The position numbers and the translations under genes are program-made. DNA of 64,000 bases, taken from NCBI GenBank assembly GCA_964016885.1, contig OZ024743.1, positions 254,572,001-254,636,000 of the forward strand. The letters are read 5' to 3'. The DNA comes from Eledone cirrhosa (taxonomy: Eukaryota). Positions within the stretch are counted from its first letter, which is position 1; each line of letters begins with the position of its first letter. This document shows, in pieces, positions 1-13,407 of this stretch. The notes below the pieces were generated by a model. That model did no database searches, was not told the DNA's origin, and was given only the letters and a program-made list of their open reading frames with translations.

Positions 1-57
1 AATATGTGCTTTATGTGTGTACAAAATACTCTGTTTCTCAAACGATATATGGCTCTT

Positions 58-93
<36 letters not shown>

Positions 94-202
94 ACTCTTA
101 ATTTTCATTATATATATATGTGTGTAGAGAGAGATATATGTGGGTGCCTGTGATCTATATACGTAGGTCATAGACACACACACATATATATATTCATAAA
201 TT

Positions 203-256
<54 letters not shown>

Positions 257-593
257 ATAAGGACAAGCGAAGTAGTTTCAGATGTTCAAGTATATATATA
301 TATATATATACACACCACCACCACTAGCTCTCTCTCTCTCTCTCTTCCATTCTCCTTCTCTGTTTCCTCTCCCTCTCTCTATGTGTCTCTTTCAATCTAC
401 TCTCTCACAACCAGTATCTCTTTCTCTCTCTCTTTGTTTATGAAGGAACCCGTGCTCTGATTTACGTGAAACTTGTTTTATTCCATTTGTATTCCCATTT
501 CAGGGTCAACTTCCTTTCAAAGTATTTTCCTATTATACACCATTTTGGGTGTATTACATTACAGACAAGCAAGCAATCACAGAGTTTTAATAG

Positions 594-624
<31 letters not shown>

Positions 625-1104
625 GTATATATATATATGTATATATATATATATGTATATATATATATTGTTTTTCCTGTTCGTATTGTTCTTTGCTTTG
701 TTCAATTCCAGGCAAATTATATATATATTTTTCAATTTATTTATTTTGGTTTTTAATTTTAGTATTCATGATAATTATATAAATTCTTTTTGATTTGTTA
801 TCCCACCATAGGGGCATGTATAATTTTAATAAAAAATTAATTTCTATTTTATTCCTCTCCACTGTATGTATGTGTGCATGTGTCCCCAACTCTTCCTAGC
901 AGTAAAAGTGGATGTTAAGTGATGATGATGTATGTTCGTGTATGAGTGTGTGCATATATGTGAGTATTTCTCTGTCTTTTATTTACTGCCTGTAAATCAC
1001 TTTCTATCAGAATCATTCATCTAGCTGGAGTTTATAGAAATATATATGAGAAAAGCAGAATACATAATGACATGATAAATTTTGAAGTTGTTGCTGCCAC
1101 TGCC

Positions 1105-1183
1105 ACTGTTGTTGTTGTTGTTGTTCTTCTTCTTCTTCTTCTTCTTCTTCTTCTTCTTCTTCTTCTTCTTCTTCATCTTCTTC
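1105..1183. repeat. (TGT)n-(TTC)n trinucleotide microsatellite
   Basis: Read directly; explains the poly-L/poly-F ORF 1082..1408. Confidence 0.95.
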
Positions 1184-1831
1184 TTTTTGGTTGTGACTAA
1201 TAAAGTGTTTGTAAGGATGATAGCTGCAGGATGTTGTAGCTATTATGATTTGTCATGGCTGTCCATCACCATTGTGATCATTATCCTCCTGTTTCTCCTT
1301 ATTCTTCTCTCCATCATTGTCACCATTACAATCATTATCACTACAACCAGCTGTCTTTATCTGCTCCAGCAGGCGCTCAAACATCGCCATAACCATCATT
1401 ACTATTAGTATTGGAAGCATTACAACCAATTCTAGCATTATCATTATTAAATTCAGCTCCCATCTTCACCGTCACTAACATTATCTCTATAAGCTGTGAT
1501 ATGATCGCAGCTTAAAACACTCACAGTGAAACTGTAAGTTTATACTATACATATTGTATAACATAAGCCAAACAATCACCAAGCTCATAGAAATCACAAC
1601 CACCAAACAACAATATAAAACAAACCACACAACATTTAATTTACATGAACAGCAGCCAACAATATAACACAAGTCACACACCACATAATGCTGCACAAAC
1701 ACTAACCAACACACTAACACACTCAGCATAATGGTTAATCTATATAAACACTAGCCACACAATATTTAATCTACACAAACACTAACCACACAATATAACA
1801 CTAACCACACATTTAATATACACAAACACTA

Positions 1832-2165
1832 GACCCCCTTCAGTCACGAATGACTATGGGATTTGCACCAAGGTAGTTGCCCTCTGAGGCACAAGTCAGG
1901 GCAAGGTTGTTTGTGGAAGACCAGCAGTCACCCATGCAAAAAAAGCCTCCCCTCTCCAAGCTACCCCTGTTTTCCAAGAGAAAGGCAATAGCCTTAGGGC
2001 TTGCCACCATTGACATCACAACTCATTTCTACAGCTGAATGAACTGGGGCAACGTGAAATAAAGTGTATTGCTCAAGAAAACAAGGCAAAGACCAGTCCA
2101 AGAAAATAACTCCCAACCTCCCAATTGGAAGCCCAATGTTCTAACCACTAGGCTATGTGCCTTCA
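1832..2165 (-). mobile_element. tRNA-derived SINE (family 1), inserted in an ACAC-rich minisatellite
   Basis: Reverse complement gives GAAGGCACATAGCCTAGTGGTTAGA (A-box-like) and CTTGAGCAATACACTTTATTTCAC, matching + strand copies at 3906, 38851 and 45073; flanked by cacaaacacta on both sides. Confidence 0.7.
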
Positions 2166-2843
2166 CAAACACTAACCACAAAATATAACACAAACGACAC
2201 AGCATTTAATCTACAGAAACAACAATCAGCACTTTAACAGAAGCCAAACAATCATAAAGCTCATAGAAAAGACCTTCACCAATCAAGATTATAACATAAA
2301 TCACACAACATTTCACACCAACCAACATGTCACACACCACATACCCTACACATTACACTACATAGTCAACAACCAGCTAATCACACCATGTTGTTTTGTT
2401 GATCAAACTTCATATTGCTCTAGTTAGTTCAGCAGGCAAAAATGAGTTCTGCATGTAATTCAATTAGCCAATCTTGTTACACACAGTTTCAAACTGAATC
2501 TACGAGAGAACTGGGAACTATGTTATTGTTATACATGGTGGTAGAATACTTAAACAAGTTCATGTTAATTTCATAAGAAGATAGTGCCATTATTCAAACA
2601 ACTGGAACATTCATTGAAGGAATCAACAGAGGTCCAAAACACACAATCACACAAGGGTCCATATGTACATTTATACTGAATCACACTCTGTTAGAGCTAT
2701 TGCTAATTAATTCTAACCCATCAAATCTGCAAAGTATGTAAATAAGCTGTCAACACAAAAATAATCTATTTACTAAATTTATATGATAGTATCTTCTTTA
2801 CCACAGTATCTCACAGTAAGATGATGGATAAGAATCCTGAAAT

Positions 2844-3588
2844 ATCATCATCATCATCATCATCATCATTTAACGTCCATATTCCATGCTTGCATGGGTT
2901 TGGATGGGAGTTTTCCCACTTGAAGCAAGAGTGGTTGTCTTGCTCGCTTAGGACTGTCTGGCAGGTTTTCTACGGCTGGATGCCCTTCCTAACACCAACC
3001 ACATTTACAGTGTGGAACTGGGAGGTTTTTACCGTGTTACCTACACGGCCACATTACAGTGTGTACTGTGTTTTTTTTTTGTCGTGACACCTACACGACC
3101 TCATTTGTTTCGGGCTGGATGTTGTGGTACCAACATAACTTTACATTGAAAGGGGTGGTGTGGATGGCGTGGGGGTAGTGAGACGGGAGTGTATTTTGTT
3201 AGAGGTGCCTACTGATTGTAGTAGGTTTCACTTTGCACTTAGGTAAGGCGGGTCTTCTCTATTACTGTGTAGCGCCAAAGATCTCGGTCCAGTGACATTG
3301 TCTTGGAGAGGTGTAAGTGTGTGAGGTCGGAATTTATCAAGTCGTCCCAGGTTTTTCTGGGTCTGCCTACTCCATGGCTACCGTCTATTTTTATGGCCCT
3401 GCACTTTTTTATACAGCTGTCGTCTTTCATGCGCATCACGTGACCATACCAACGTAGTCTTCTCTCGAGTAAACAACATCTGATCCCTCTTATTCCTAAT
3501 TTCTCCCTTAGTTCGTTTATGCTTATATTACTATTACACATCCAGTGGAGCATGCAAGCTTCGTTTCTCTCCAGCCTGCGTATATCCT
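2844..3588 (-). mobile_element. RTE LINE family A, 5'-truncated 3' fragment
   Basis: ORF 3239..3553 with [12 protein letters not shown]...GRPRKTW C-terminus; 3' UTR and (GAT)n tail shared with the copies at 9377, 30998 and 33463. Confidence 0.9.
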
Positions 3589-3657
3589 ATGATGATGATG
3601 ATGATGATATAAAAGCCTGTAGAACAAATATTTATTAAAATTTAATGATGTTCTTGT

Positions 3658-4490
<833 letters not shown>

Positions 4491-6175
4491 TGATAGGGAC
4501 TGGGGTCCCTAGCATTCCACTGCAAAGTGATCGTGGAGGTGCCATGGCAAAAAAGCACCCAGCACTCATTATAAATGAGGTTGGTGTTAGGAAGGGCATC
4601 CAGCTGTAGAAATCAAGCCAGAATCAGTTCCAGTCCCACCCTTGATGATGATGATGATATATATATATATATATATATATATGCCATGCCTAAATGATAC
4701 AATGGTAATAACATTTATCTTATTTATAATAATATTAATTACAGTATTGACAAATTAGGTTCGAAAGACAAAAGAAATTACAAATGAACAAGGACAGTGG
4801 GGATTTATGTAAATTGAGTAAACAAAAACAGGTTAAAAAGTAATGATAAATTAGGGGTAATTTAGGAATGCCACTGTTCTGAAGACCCCCTGATTACCAA
4901 CAGAACTATACAAAAGTGCTTCTTTCTCCTCTGAACTCTAGGCTATTCTTGAGACATTCAACCACATTTAAACAAGTACACAAGGAGTGGGAAAGTCACC
5001 ATTTCCCCCTCTCCACCCTATCCTTCCTTTCTGATTGAAACAGAAAAGAGTTGAAGAAGTCTCAGCTGGTAATAATAATAATAGATTCTAATTTGTGAGA
5101 AGAGGAAAATCAATTATAATTACCACATTACTTTACTGGTACTTAATTTTATTAACGTCAGAAAGTTAACCTTGTTGGGATTTGAACCTATACAATAAAC
5201 ATCCAGAACAAATAACATTAAGCATTTGTCCGAAGGTCTAATGATACTGCCAATCGACCATAATAACATTGATATTAATGCTAATATGTCAATATGTAGG
5301 TGTCAAAAAAGCATGTCATGCTTGACTATAGTACTTCTAAGGTTCAACAATGAGAGTAATAGTAGGAGTAATGATAACAATATTGATTCAAAACGGGGAT
5401 TATACTTTCCTGACATTTCATGTTTTCATCATCGTCAAAACTAATTTTACAGATTCAATTGCTTTCAATTATTCTTGAACTGATTCACCCAGCATGAGAT
5501 TTCCTTTTACGTTCATTGATCATCGGAAGTTCAGGATTGAAATCTTCTGTCATGATGGAGCACCATGAAGGATTTCAGATTTCCTGGAAAGATTCTGTTG
5601 ATGTGTTCAGCCAGTCAGCCAGTTCAGCTTTTGTTCTTGCCAATAATACAGTTTCCGTGCGGTTTTAAGTTTTGCCATTTCATTCATGCTACATTAAGTC
5701 TGTGAGAAGAGTGGAGAGTTAATGCCGCCCATTCAACAAACACACAGACTTTTGTTTTCATATACTATGTTGTGTTATGTTCTATATCAAGTGTTAGTCT
5801 TAAATGAAAATATGGACTCAATGGTTAGGTGGAGTTTGATATATTTATATGCATACATATATATATATATTACAAATTATAGAAGCACTAGGTGATTTAA
5901 AATTTTAAAATGTGGAAATCTCAAATTCAAAGAATAACTGTAACAGTCTATGAATATAATAGTTTAGAAAAAAAGTAAACTACTGTTAGAGACAGAAAAA
6001 GTGGCCATTTTTCTGTGTCTAGGGTCTGATTATTGTTAGAATATTTCTGTTATGGGTTCTCACAGTTTCACACACACACACACACACACACTCTCACATG
6101 TATGTTTGGTTGTATGTATATGTGTATATACATACAACAGTTGAAAATTGCAAACTTGACTGTCACCACACAATA

Positions 6176-6214
6176 TGAACCTGAAGATTGCGAAAGCATG
6201 AAAGTACTTGTTCA
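6176..6214 (+). ncRNA. Minimal type I hammerhead ribozyme motif, intact core
   Basis: TGAAC-CTGAAGA-T-TGC GAAA GCA-T-GAA-AGTACT-T-GTTCA: 5-bp stem I, CUGANGA, GNRA-capped stem II, GAAA, palindromic stem III, CUU cleavage triplet. Confidence 0.8.
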
Positions 6215-6293
6215 ATTAACACTTAACATTTAATATTCTACCATACTATTTCATTCTAATACCATTATAAATTTAAAAGGATTGTAAATAAAA

Positions 6294-6481
6294 TTGTTTC
6301 TACTTTAGGCACAAGGCCAGCAATTACCCAGTGCACTACTGGTACTTTATTTTATCGACCCCGTAAGGATGAAAGGCAAAGTCAACCTCGGCGGGATTTG
6401 AACTCAGATCGTAAAGGGACGGAACTTTGCTGGAAAGCATGGCGTCCGACCCTCTACCGATACTGCCAATCCACCGCCCTT
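6294..6481 (-). mobile_element. SINE family 2 (Nin-domain-like), young copy with 15-bp TSD
   Basis: TSD GGATTGTAAATAAAA at 6279-6293 and 6482-6496; B-box-like GAGTTCAAATCC; about 3 differences from the copy at 44039. Confidence 0.85.
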
Positions 6482-6573
6482 GGATTGTAAATAAAACGAG
6501 TAAATCAGACAAAGTTGGTATTCCTTTTATTAATAATCTTCTATACACAATCATACACACCCATGTATATTTA

Positions 6574-6610
<37 letters not shown>

Positions 6611-7153
6611 TGTATATATATATATATATATATCATCATTGTTTTATGTTCACTTTCTAAGCTATCATTGTTTATTTTTTGGCAGGGTGCCTTTTTGTTT
6701 TGGGTACTAGCACTACCACTTGTGCCATCCTCTCCATACCCATTTCATCCTACACGCAGGAAGAGGTGATGCTTCTGTAGTACTACTGCATATTGCCTGT
6801 CAATGCAATCTCGTGCCATTACCCTCATGAGGTTCAGCTATGTAAGGTCAAACTTCATTACATTCTCCCAAGTTTTCCTAGGCCTACCTCTTTTAAAGGT
6901 CTCCTCGAATTTGAGCATTTTTGCACTTCTTTATTTCTCCATACGAATCACATGTCCACAGCATTTCCTGTTTATTCCAATTCACATGTTTCATTTAATA
7001 AGAGAGCAATCACAACAAAATGTAAATAATGGAAAAATAAGGAGCAACTAGAATTTTCTACCATAAATATGGGCAAGTTTGGCCATGTAGTTAAGGAATT
7101 TACTTTGTAGCCATGTTATTTCAAGTTCAGTCTGACTGCATAACACTCTAGAC

Positions 7154-7340
7154 CAGGCATGTCAAACATCCGGCCTTTTACACGCACACCTGTGGCCCAC
7201 ACAAAGGTTTTTACAGCACAAGAATGTGTTATCTTCATAAAATTAGTTGTAATGAGTACAATTATTTGTCGTGTGTGGCCCTCAGACAACACATATGTGA
7301 CCCATGTGGCCCTCAGGGGACCCCCAGTTTGACATGCCTG
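7154..7340. mobile_element. hAT (Charlie-like) MITE
   Basis: Perfect 14-bp TIR CAGGCATGTCAAAC / GTTTGACATGCCTG; 8-bp TSD CTCTAGAC / CTCAAGAC; inserted into a SINE remnant. Confidence 0.88.
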
Positions 7341-8481
7341 CTCAAGACAAATCTCATCTACTATAGCATTGTGATAGTGCTGTGCATGTGTCTGATTTAT
7401 TGTCTTGTAACTAAGATGTTTAACAAATAGAGATCAACAAAATAAGTAAGAAATTTGAAGTTGTCAATGCAAGCATTTGACACAGCTGAAGAATTCTTCT
7501 GACATTCTTTTTGGCAGGTTTTCTATGGCTGAATACCCTTCTTATCACCACCTATCTTACAGAGTGTACTATGTGTGTTTATCATGTTTCCCAGCATGAG
7601 AGTTTATCATGCCCTTGACGCAACTGAAGAGTTCTCTCACCCATTTTTGCATGGTTTCTACACACTGGATGCTCTTTCTATTGACAACCAGCTAAAAGGG
7701 TTTGTTGGTCAGTAGGGTGGAGGTAAGGTTCTTGGGTTCAAACAGAATGGGGAATGTATAAAGGAAGATAGATATATCATGAGTAATTGACAAGAGGGGA
7801 AGAGGAGTGACAAGTTTGATGTCTGGGAGTGGGTATTTCAAGTGGTGATATGAGAGATAAAAAAGGTTGGATGAGAAAATTATGTTATTAGTGTAGACAA
7901 TTGGGATAGGGTTTGACAGGGTGATATCTGGCTAAGTGGGGAGTGTACAGTGATGATGATAGTAGTTTATAAAGAATGAAGGTGGGTGGGTAGTGGGTCA
8001 AACTACCTCTCTGCTTAAAAATATAAGCGTTTGGTATAATGATCGAACAAGGAATATCACGTTATCAACAGGTATTTTGCTCTGTACCAACTTTGTGAAT
8101 GACATAGAGCTTTATAAAAGCACATGTGCAACTCACAAGGGGAAAAAGCCCAGATTTTGGCAAATGAATTCAGTATGTGTATATCATGCAAAAAATTGCA
8201 TAAATAGCACAAATCGAATAAGCACTCAACCGGGTAGTTTTTGAAATAAACTTATGCAATTATTCTGTCAATAGTATTATTAACAGGGTAATTGTAAGAC
8301 TCGGGAGATTAATACAAATATAAATTCAGCGAGTATTGCATTTCAGCGGGTAGAAAAAGTGAAACGAACCGCAAAATCAGTTATGCTGGCAAGCGCTCCA
8401 TCGTTAAAACAACAGAGCTAAACATAAGGTAAAACGCCATACAAACTGAAAAAAGTGGTCAAGAAAGCATTAACCACCTAA

Positions 8482-8534
<53 letters not shown>

Positions 8535-9292
8535 GGTCACCCGATCAATCTTGCCTCAAGTGGGACAATTCCCATCAAACCCATGCTAGCGTGGAAAATA
8601 GATGTTAAACGATGATGGTGATGATAGAAATATACATGTGCAGGAGAGTGAACACACAGACATACATGCACACATGTTTATATAAGTATATAGCTGAATT
8701 TAATCTACATATTATGTTGAAAACCCTTCAATAAGATGTAAAATTGCATTTTATACAATTTTATGTTGAATATATTTCATGCCAATATTTCTATAGTTGG
8801 TAATGTGAGATTGCAAAAGATCATATCTCCATAAATGTATTTTTCCCATTCATAGTATCAACATCTTGATCATTGTCATATTTAACGTTTATGTCACAAC
8901 AACAACACCAACAATAACAATCCAAAATGAATAAAAATACTAAAACTAAATGCTTGCACATTTCAGCAGTAATAAATTGTACACATACTCCTGTGTATAT
9001 GTGTGTGTGTATATGTGTGTGCATATGTGTGTGTGTGTGTGTGTGTGTGTGTAAACATGTGTGTATATATATGTGTGTGTGTATCATCATCATCATCATC
9101 ATCATCTTCGTTTAACGTCCACTTTCCATGCTAGCATGGGTTAGACTGTATATATATATAGTGTATATGTGTGTATGTGTATGTGTATATATATATGTGT
9201 ATATATATATATAGTGTGTATGTATATATATATGTGTGTATATATATATGTATGTATATATATGTATATATATATATGAATATATATATATG

Positions 9293-9341
<49 letters not shown>

Positions 9342-9376
9342 CTATATATATCTATATATATATATATACATGTGTT

Positions 9377-12300
9377 TCATCATCATCATCATCAGCGTTT
9401 AATGTCCGTGTTCCACGCTTGTATGGGTTTGGACGGGGGTTTTCCCACTTGAGGCAAGAGTGATTATCTTGCTCGCATAGGACTATCTGGCGGGTTTTCT
9501 ACAGCTGGATGCCCTTCCTAACACCAACCACATTTACAGTGTGGGGCTGGGAGGTTTTTACCATGTTTCCTACATGGCCACATTACAGCGTGGACTGTCT
9601 GGCGGGTTTTCTACAGCTGGATGCCCTTCCTAACACCAACCACATTTACAGTGTGGGACTGGGAGATTTTTACCGTGTTGCCTACACGGCCACATATAGC
9701 GTGGACTGTGTGTTTTTTTTGTCGTGACACCTACACGATCTCATTTATTTCGGCCTGGATGTTGTGGCACCAACATAACTTTACATTAAAAGGGGCGGTG
9801 TGGATGGGGTGGGGGTGGTGGGACGGGGGGTGTATTTTGTTAGAGATGCCTACTGACTGTAGTAGGTTTTACTATGTATTTAGGTAAGACGGGTCTTCTC
9901 TATTACTGAGTAACGCCAAAGGTCTCGGTCCAGTGACATTGTCTTGGAGAGGTGTAAGTGTGTGAGGTCGGAATTTATCAGCTCGTCCCAGGTTTTACTG
10001 GGTCTGCCTATTCCGTGGCTACCGTCTATCTTTATTGCCCTGCACTTTGTTATACAGCTATCGACTTTCATGCGCATCACGTGACCATACCAACGTAGCC
10101 TTCTCTCGAGTAAACAACATCTGATCCCTCTTATTTCTAATTTTTTCCTTAGTTCGTTTATGCTTTGCCGTTCACGTATATTACTATTACACATCCAGCG
10201 GAGCATGCAAGCTTTGTTCCTCTCTAGTCTGCGTATATCCTCTGCACACAATGCCCAGGTCTCACTGCCATAAAACATTGCTGTTCGTATGCAGGCATCA
10301 TACAACCTGCCTTTCATTTTTAGGGAGAACCCTTTAGCGGCTAATAGTGGTATAAGCTCTCTGAACTTTTTCCATCCAGTTCTGACTCTAGCTACTGTAC
10401 TTTCAGAGCACCCCCCCCCCCCCCCCCACGCTGCTGATTTTGTCACCCAGTTAACGGAAGCTGTCCACTATTTCTATAGAACCCTCTGCGCAGTTGAAAG
10501 AGCTAGTATTTTGTGGGCACTTGCTGCTACTTATTGCACCAGAGCACCGGCCACATGTAAAATCTATGTTCTTAGTTAGCTTACCTGTGATCCCACTACA
10601 TCTTTTATGCACCCATACTTTGCATTTGGGACACAAAATGGAGTTTTTACCTACGCCTTTCCTACACAATGAGCATGGCCACTTCCCGGAAGGGACCGCA
10701 GGCTTATTTTCTTTCTTACAAACTAGAACTTTAGTCTTAACCAGGTTAATTTTAAGGCCTTTTGATTCTAGGCCGTGCTTCCATGTTTGGAATTTCTTCT
10801 CTAGCTCGGCCATTGATTCAGCTATGAGTGTTAGGTCATCTGCGTATAGGAGTTCCCATGGGCAACCGGTCTTGAACTCCTCTGTTATAGCCTGAAGGGC
10901 AATAATAAATAGTAGGGGGCTGAGAACAGAGCCCTGATGGACACCAACTTTTACGCTAAACTCTTTACTATATTCGTTGTTAATTCTAACCTTGCTGACT
11001 GTTTCTTTAGACATGGCTTGTATAGCTCTCACAAGCCATTCGTCAACACCTAGTTTTCTAAGAGCCCACCAGATAATGGAACGGGGGACTCTGTCGAAGG
11101 CTTTCTCCAAATCGACAAAAGCTAAGTATAGGGGTTTACTTTTAGCTAGGTACTTCTCCTGTAGTTGTCGTACAATGAAAAAGACGTCTGTGGTACTTTT
11201 GCCTGACACAAACCCGAACTGCATTTCATCTAGATCAATTCTCTCTCTGATTAGTTGCGCTATTACTTTTTCCGTGACCTTCATGACCTGGTTGATTAAT
11301 TTAATGCCTCTATAGTTACTCCTATCTAGGGCATCTCCTTTACCCTTATAACAGTTAACGATGATGCTGCTACGCCAGTCCTTCGGAACAACCCCATTCT
11401 GTACGACTTGGTTAACTATCTGGGTGACCATGGTGTGTCCCACCGTACCAGATGCCTTCAGCATCTCGGCAACTATTTCCGAAGGCCCAGCCGTCTTACC
11501 CGTCTTCATATCTTTGATTGCCTTACTTATTATACTACCCTCGACTAACACTGCTGGTCTCTCTATTGGGTCGATGTGGGGGAGACTGTTTTTCTCCCAT
11601 TTATTCTCCTCATTTAGTAGCCTTTCATATTGACACTTCCAAGCTACCTTCTTATCAGCGTCGGTGATGGCAAGTACGCCGTCATCATTAAGTACACACT
11701 TCTCCCCGACAATATCGCGGTTTTCCTTGACACATTGCCTAGCAATTCTGAACACCTCACGTTTTTGGTCCTCGCGTTGTAGAACATGCTTGAACTTTCT
11801 TTCCTCTGCTTCCCTTCTTGCGAAGTACACTTGTCTCCTAGCTTCCCTCCTGGCCACTTGATAGACTTCTCTACTTCCCCCATCCCGCCATACTTTCCAA
11901 GCCTGCTTTTTGGCCTTAATTGACCCCTCCACCTTACTGTTCCACCACCATGTTACTCTCCTCCTGCCTACAGGCCTGCTCCAGCCACAGACTTCGTCTG
12001 CCGCCATCAGCAGGTTTGCTTTCAGGAATTCCCACTGCTCCTCTATATTGTACGACTCTAATTGCTCTTCCTTACTGTCGAAAGCATCAAGTAGTATACT
12101 TTTGAATTTATTTCTGGCTGTGGGGTCCTTTAGCTTTCATATTTTTCTCCTGAGGATAGTCCTCTTCTGTTGTCTAGTACGTCTCGTCCTGACTATGAGG
12201 TCGCTAATTATCAGTCTATGTTGGGAGGTGCATTCTTCATGGGGAGGGATTTAGTGTTTACAACAGACACTCTGTCACGTCTTCTGGTAAGGATATAATC

Positions 12301-12952
12301 TACCTGGCTTGTGTGTTCCCCCGATCTATAGGTGATCAGGTGATTGTTACGTTTTTTGAAGTTAGTGTTACAGATAGTTAGGTTATTTGCGTCACAGAAT
12401 TCCAGGATTCTGGAGCCTTCCTCATTTCTAGTACCAAACCCATAGCCTCCATGGATTTCGTCGTAGCCGTCACAATGTTGTCCAACGTGACCATTTAGCT
12501 CGCCTGCAATAATTATATAGTCACTGTCGGTTATTTGGGAGGTAGTGAGCATCAGTGTCTCATAGAATCTGTCTTTTATAGTGCCGGGCAGTCCGGATTG
12601 GGGTGCGTACGCAGATATTACTGTCACCGTAGTTCAATTGAGGACAAGTCTTATTTTAATTATTCTGTCGTTCATTCTACTTACGTCTATTATCTTATCT
12701 GCCCACTTTTCTGCTACCATGATCCTACTCCACCCAGCCCATTGTCATTTCCCACCCAGAAAAGCTTATAGCATCGTTTTTTACCCACAATGAATCTAGC
12801 AGACCCACCCCTCCACCTGATCTCTTGAATACAACAAACATCGACCTCCTTACATTCAAGCATTTCAACAACCTCGTTAGAGCGACCCTTTAAGGTGCCT
12901 ACATTCATGGTACCAACTCTGAAGTTTTGGATTGCGTTTGGATTGCGTTTGG
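9377..12952 (-). mobile_element. RTE LINE family A, near-complete ORF (APE + RT + PHD-like finger), frameshifted
   Basis: ORFs 12211..12627 (APE: SAYAPQ, VDYIL), 10451..12007 (RT: AFVDLEKAFD, QGSVLSP, YADD) and 9880..10446; (GAT)n tail; 112-bp tandem duplication in the 3' UTR (about 9480-9705). Confidence 0.95.
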
Positions 12953-12954
12953 AG

Positions 12955-13158
12955 TATATATATATATGTATATATGTGTGTATATATGTGTGTATATGTG
13001 TGTATATATATGTGTGTATATATGTGTATATATATATGTGTGTATATATATATATATGTGTATATATATATATGTATATATGTGTGTATATATATATATA
13101 TGTATATATGTGTGTATATATATGTATGTATATATGCGTATATATATTTATATAAGTA

Positions 13159-13239
<81 letters not shown>

Positions 13240-13332
13240 GTGTGTATATATATATATTTATATATATGTATACATGTGTGTGTATATATATATATATATA
13301 TGTATACATGTCTGTATATATATATATATATA

Positions 13333-13373
<41 letters not shown>

Positions 13374-13405
13374 ATATATATATATATATATATGTGTATA
13401 TATAT
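12955..13405. repeat. Compound (TA)/(TG) microsatellite
   Basis: Read directly. Confidence 0.95.
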
Positions 13406-13407
13406 AA

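Noticed and set aside
433-473. Hammerhead-like TATGAAGGA..TCTGATTTACGTGAAAC
   Set aside because: Neither CUGANGA nor the GAAA/stem geometry is intact; at best a heavily decayed relic.
7990-8485. Relatively CpG-rich unexplained segment with an 83-aa ORF
   Set aside because: No termini, repeats or motifs found to assign it.
10411-10427. Long C homopolymer and nearby frameshift as programmed recoding
   Set aside because: Sister copies have CCCTCCCCC and an open frame; slippage or sequencing error is more likely.
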